From NCBI GenBank assembly GCA_018304385.1, contig JAGVWJ010000028.1:1-18078 (forward strand): 18,078 nucleotides of DNA, in the 5' to 3' direction. This document shows positions 14,841 to 18,078 of this stretch, piece after piece. Positions within the stretch are counted from its first letter, which is position 1. The number at the start of each line of letters is the position of its first letter. Source of the stretch: Candidatus Micrarchaeota archaeon (GTDB lineage Archaea; Micrarchaeota; Micrarchaeia; Anstonellales; Bilamarchaeaceae). Both the position numbers and the translations under genes were made by a program. The notes under the pieces are model-generated. The model ran no database searches. It worked only from the letters and a program-made list of their open reading frames with translations, and was not told the origin of the DNA.

Positions 14841-16439
14841 ATGGATTCTGCTACCTACTCAGCACTAAATAAAGCCTGGAAAGCCACCACAAAGGTCCTT
14901 TTCGGAACAGAGCTGGGCGAACTAAAATACTATGAAGAATGGCTAATGGATGATCTTCCAAAAATTGGGAAAAGAACGTCTCTTTCTGGCAAGGAAATAA
15001 TACTTGCAAATGACAGTTATTCAGAAAACTCAAGATTCATTTCTTCTGAAGAGGCTAAAGAAAAATTATTTGAACCATTGTCAATTGATGAAATAAAAGA
15101 TATTGATTCTATTCTTGGGGGATTATCAGAAAGATGGGAATACGCTGGCAACAAAATACTTGGTAATTCGAGTTTTGTTGAATCATCGGACATGGTATTT
15201 GATTCTCAAAACATCCTCTCTTCATCAAACATCCAGCAATGTAGCAATTTGTTTGGATCCTCCCTTTCAAGATTAGGTACCAAGTATGGTTTTGGTTGCA
15301 TCTTTTTTGGGATGGCTGAGTTCGTAATCAAGTCCCATGTAAATTACAATGTAAAAAGAGTATTTGGGAGTTATTTCATAGTTGACAGCTCTGATGTGTA
15401 CCTGTCAAATCACTGCATTGGTTGCAACGAGGTATTTTTTTCATTCTTTCAAAGAGCCAAGCAATACTGCATTGGAAACCTTCAATTACCCAAAGATAAA
15501 TATTTTGGTCTAAAGAAAAAACTTGTAGGTGAAATTGTAGAAGAACTAAAAAAGTCCAAAAGTTTTCCCTCTCTTTTCAGCCTGGTTCCAAATAAAAAAC
15601 CTGAATCATCTATAAATATAAGAAATCAAGTAATGAAAGAGGATAAAAGCCAAATCGAAAAGGCATTTTCTTCAACATTTAAAATCATCTTTAAAAAAGA
15701 ACCAGAAGATATAGACAATTACGAAAAAATGCTTACAAAGCACGGAATGAAGATTTATACAATAAAGTCTCCTTTTGGAAACAAAACATACAGTGTTGAA
15801 TATCCTGAGTTTTCATTTCTTTCTAAATTTCCTAAAAACCGTCTTGTATCGCAAGAAGAAGGATTAAAACTTGGAGCGCAAACCCTTAATGAATCTGAAA
15901 TAGGTTCTATTAAGAAAATAGTTGACAATCTTGATAAGATAGGTTACTTTACAGTTGAATTGTTTAGCGGTAATAATGAGAATTTTATTGACTCGCCTTT
16001 GGTTTTCTATGCTTCAAATCTCTATAAAACATACGATACTACTCGTGGTAAATATACTGGCATCACTTGCCAGGCTTTAGATTCAAGTTATATTTTTGGG
16101 GGCAATAGATTAGTAAATTCAGAATTTTGTATAAATAGTTATAATTCCATGTATCTTAACCGATGTTTTGAAGTTGACACATCAAGAAAATGCTCTGACT
16201 GCCTGTTTTGCCACAACTGTGAAGGCCTGGCCGAATGTATGTTCTGTTTTAATCTAAAATCTAAGAGGTATGCTATTGGAAATTCCTTATTAGAAAAGGA
16301 CAAGTATACCAAAATTAAGGATTCTCTAATGGAGCAAATGGCTGATGAGATTATCAAAACTAAGAATCTTTCAATTGATATTTTCAATATAGGTGAAAAG
16401 AGGTCAAAACTATGGTACTCACAACTTATGATATCTTGA
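14841..16439 (+). CDS. Uncharacterised Cys/Ser-rich repeat protein with two tandem homologous domains (subtype A fused to subtype B)
   Basis: The N half starts LNKAWKATTKVLFGTELGEL and ends YCIGNLQLPKDKY. The C half starts EKAFSSTFKI and ends CSDCLFCHNC...CMFCFN...YAIGN...DIFNIG. Confidence 0.85.
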   Translation: MDSATYSALNKAWKATTKVLFGTELGELKYYEEWLMDDLPKIGKRTSLSGKEIILANDSYSENSRFISSEEAKEKLFEPLSIDEIKDIDSILGGLSERWEYAGNKILGNSSFVESSDMVFDSQNILSSSNIQQCSNLFGSSLSRLGTKYGFGCIFFGMAEFVIKSHVNYNVKRVFGSYFIVDSSDVYLSNHCIGCNEVFFSFFQRAKQYCIGNLQLPKDKYFGLKKKLVGEIVEELKKSKSFPSLFSLVPNKKPESSINIRNQVMKEDKSQIEKAFSSTFKIIFKKEPEDIDNYEKMLTKHGMKIYTIKSPFGNKTYSVEYPEFSFLSKFPKNRLVSQEEGLKLGAQTLNESEIGSIKKIVDNLDKIGYFTVELFSGNNENFIDSPLVFYASNLYKTYDTTRGKYTGITCQALDSSYIFGGNRLVNSEFCINSYNSMYLNRCFEVDTSRKCSDCLFCHNCEGLAECMFCFNLKSKRYAIGNSLLEKDKYTKIKDSLMEQMADEIIKTKNLSIDIFNIGEKRSKLWYSQLMIS

Positions 16440-17182
16440 ATGGTGCGTGGAAGGCAACTTCAAAAATACTGTTTGGCGAAGAGCTAGGAGAACTTAGGGA
16501 ATTTGATAGCTATTTTAGAAATGCAGCCATAGGCAAAACTGCAACATCTTTATTCTCAGGCCTGCCAGTATGGGTTGCATCAGAGCAATATTCAGATAAG
16601 GCCAAATTCTTTGACTATAGTAATGAACTTGATCAATATAATCGATTAATCTCTCAATCTATAGATATAAATAACATAAAAGATATCGATTCTATAATTC
16701 AATCGATTGGTGAGAAGTTCGTATACGCTGGCAATAAAATACTTGGTAATTCAAAAAATATCGAGAATTCAGATGCAGTAGTTGATAGTACTGCTGTACT
16801 TAACTCATCGATAGTAGAAAAGAGCAAGTATGTAGCTTACGGTTACCTTGTTCGAGAATCTGAAAACTATTTTGCTTCTATGTCTAGTGGTCAGTCTTCT
16901 CATATAGTTCGTTGTTTCTATAACAATACTCTGAGGAGGTGTTTTGAGGTTTCTACTTCCATTGGTTCTTCTGACTGTTACTTTTCTTATAATTTACTCA
17001 ACTGTACCGACTGCATTTTTACATTTAATTCTCGAGCAAAAAGATATACAATTGCCAATACTCAACTTACAAAGGATAGCTATTCAAAGTTAAAAACAAA
17101 ATTGATTGCTGAAGTGGCAGATGAACTTAAAAGAAAAAAGAAATTTGATTTTTCCATTATTGAAATTATGGATAGAGCGTGA
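16412..17182 (+). CDS. Uncharacterised repeat protein, subtype A
   Basis: Motifs LNGAWKATSKILFGEELGEL, IKDIDSI and YAGNKILGNS are shared with the N half of 14841-16439. SD GAGGT at 16400-16404. Confidence 0.85.
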   Translation: MVLTTYDILNGAWKATSKILFGEELGELREFDSYFRNAAIGKTATSLFSGLPVWVASEQYSDKAKFFDYSNELDQYNRLISQSIDINNIKDIDSIIQSIGEKFVYAGNKILGNSKNIENSDAVVDSTAVLNSSIVEKSKYVAYGYLVRESENYFASMSSGQSSHIVRCFYNNTLRRCFEVSTSIGSSDCYFSYNLLNCTDCIFTFNSRAKRYTIANTQLTKDSYSKLKTKLIAEVADELKRKKKFDFSIIEIMDRA

Positions 17183-17186
17183 TAAT

Positions 17187-17963
17187 ATGATAGAAATGGA
17201 AAAGGCATTTAGGGAAACAACCAAACTTCTATTAGGCGGAGAGCTTAGTCATATTGATAGTTATGCAGATTGGCTCGGAAGGAGCGTACCATTACCAACT
17301 TTGGCAGAATCAGTATTAAGTGGCAAGGATGTATGGATGCCACCACCACTTAATTATCTAAATACTGCTTTTAACAAATCAAAAATTATTTCTATGGATG
17401 AAATGAATAGTCTAAATGCCTCTAAATTCACAGTAAAAGATATAGAAAACACATCGCTGGATAAACTTATTACAAGATTTATAAAACCAATTGCCTATTT
17501 TTGTGGTAATTTCAGGTACCAAAATTATGAAAATTTTGAGAAGGTAAGCGGCGGAGGCGGAGGTCGAAATGTTTATATGGCGGAAGACGCTTATCTTGGC
17601 GTAAAGAATATTGCTTTCTCTAACTACACACTTTTCTGCGAAAATATGTTTGGTTGTTATGGTACTACTCATTCTCAGTTCAATATCCATGTTTATCGCT
17701 CAGTTGCACTTTCACGATGTTTTGAAGTTGATAGTAGTTCTAACTGCAGAGACCTTTTATTCTGTCATAATTGCGAAAATGTAAACGATAGCATGTTCTG
17801 TTTTAATGCAAAAAATCTTAGGCACGCAATAGGTAATATCCAGCTGCGGCCAGACCAATATAGATTAATCAAATCAAAAATTCTAGAAGAAATTGTAAAA
17901 GAGCTTAACGAAACTAAAAGTTTGCAATATGATATATTCAACATAGGTGATCGTGATGGATAA
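17187..17963 (+). CDS. Uncharacterised repeat protein, subtype B
   Basis: Motifs EKAFRETTKLL, RCFEVDSS, LFCHNC, MFCFN, AIGN and DIFNIG are shared with the C half of 14841-16439. Start placed at ATG 17187, just after the upstream stop. Confidence 0.85.
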   Translation: MIEMEKAFRETTKLLLGGELSHIDSYADWLGRSVPLPTLAESVLSGKDVWMPPPLNYLNTAFNKSKIISMDEMNSLNASKFTVKDIENTSLDKLITRFIKPIAYFCGNFRYQNYENFEKVSGGGGGRNVYMAEDAYLGVKNIAFSNYTLFCENMFGCYGTTHSQFNIHVYRSVALSRCFEVDSSSNCRDLLFCHNCENVNDSMFCFNAKNLRHAIGNIQLRPDQYRLIKSKILEEIVKELNETKSLQYDIFNIGDRDG

Positions 17964-18078
17964 GATAGCATACGAGCAGCTAAATCGTGCATGGAAGAGC
18001 ACTTGTAAAGTGCTTACAGGTGAAGAAGTTGGTGATTTACTAGATTTTCGTGATTATCTGAAGAAATATACAGATCCA
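17956..18078 (+). CDS. Uncharacterised repeat protein, subtype A (runs off the right edge; absent from the ORF track)
   Basis: Manual translation: MDKIAYEQLNRAWKSTCKVLTGEEVGDLLDFRDYLKKYTDP. SD GGTGAT at 17946-17951. Confidence 0.85.
   Translation, partial: MDKIAYEQLNRAWKSTCKVLTGEEVGDLLDFRDYLKKYTDP

Noticed and set aside
14851-17992. ORFs 14851-15033, 16139-16387, 17412-17690 and 17765-17992 (-)
   Set aside because: They are antisense to the repeat-protein array.
14841-18078. Diversity-generating retroelement explanation for the paralog array
   Set aside because: There is no reverse transcriptase in the window and no template/variable repeat pair with adenine-specific mismatches.

Overview
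AT-rich archaeal chromosomal window. The archaeal-type EF-2, uS7, uS12, eL14, Cbf5, archease and GGTGA(T) Shine-Dalgarno sites support an archaeal origin; the compact, rearranged gene order suggests a DPANN lineage such as Micrarchaeota (inference only). Left to right: a MATE transporter running off the left edge; a 5-TPR protein; a broken-up str cluster (uS12, uS7, two HEAT-repeat paralogs, EF-2); a highly structured non-coding region at 6.37-6.70 kb; a VanZ-like gene and a coiled-coil membrane protein; a heptamer-periodic hairpin; a DUF106-cmk-eL14-(two unknown genes)-cbf5 cluster; a DUF922-like HExxH lipoprotein; a COG0523 GTPase; an unknown lipoprotein; archease; and a tandem array of an uncharacterised Cys/Ser-rich repeat-protein family. 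The most notable signals are: (1) the array alternates two domain subtypes, fused A-B, then A, B, A, implying an unnamed two-subunit system; (2) EF-2 lacks about 55 residues of domain II in frame; (3) a candidate novel ~180-nt structured RNA containing a perfect 31-nt tandem GAAA-hairpin duplication; (4) uS12 has substitutions at normally invariant decoding-site residues. All family assignments come from motif recognition by eye; no database searches were run.
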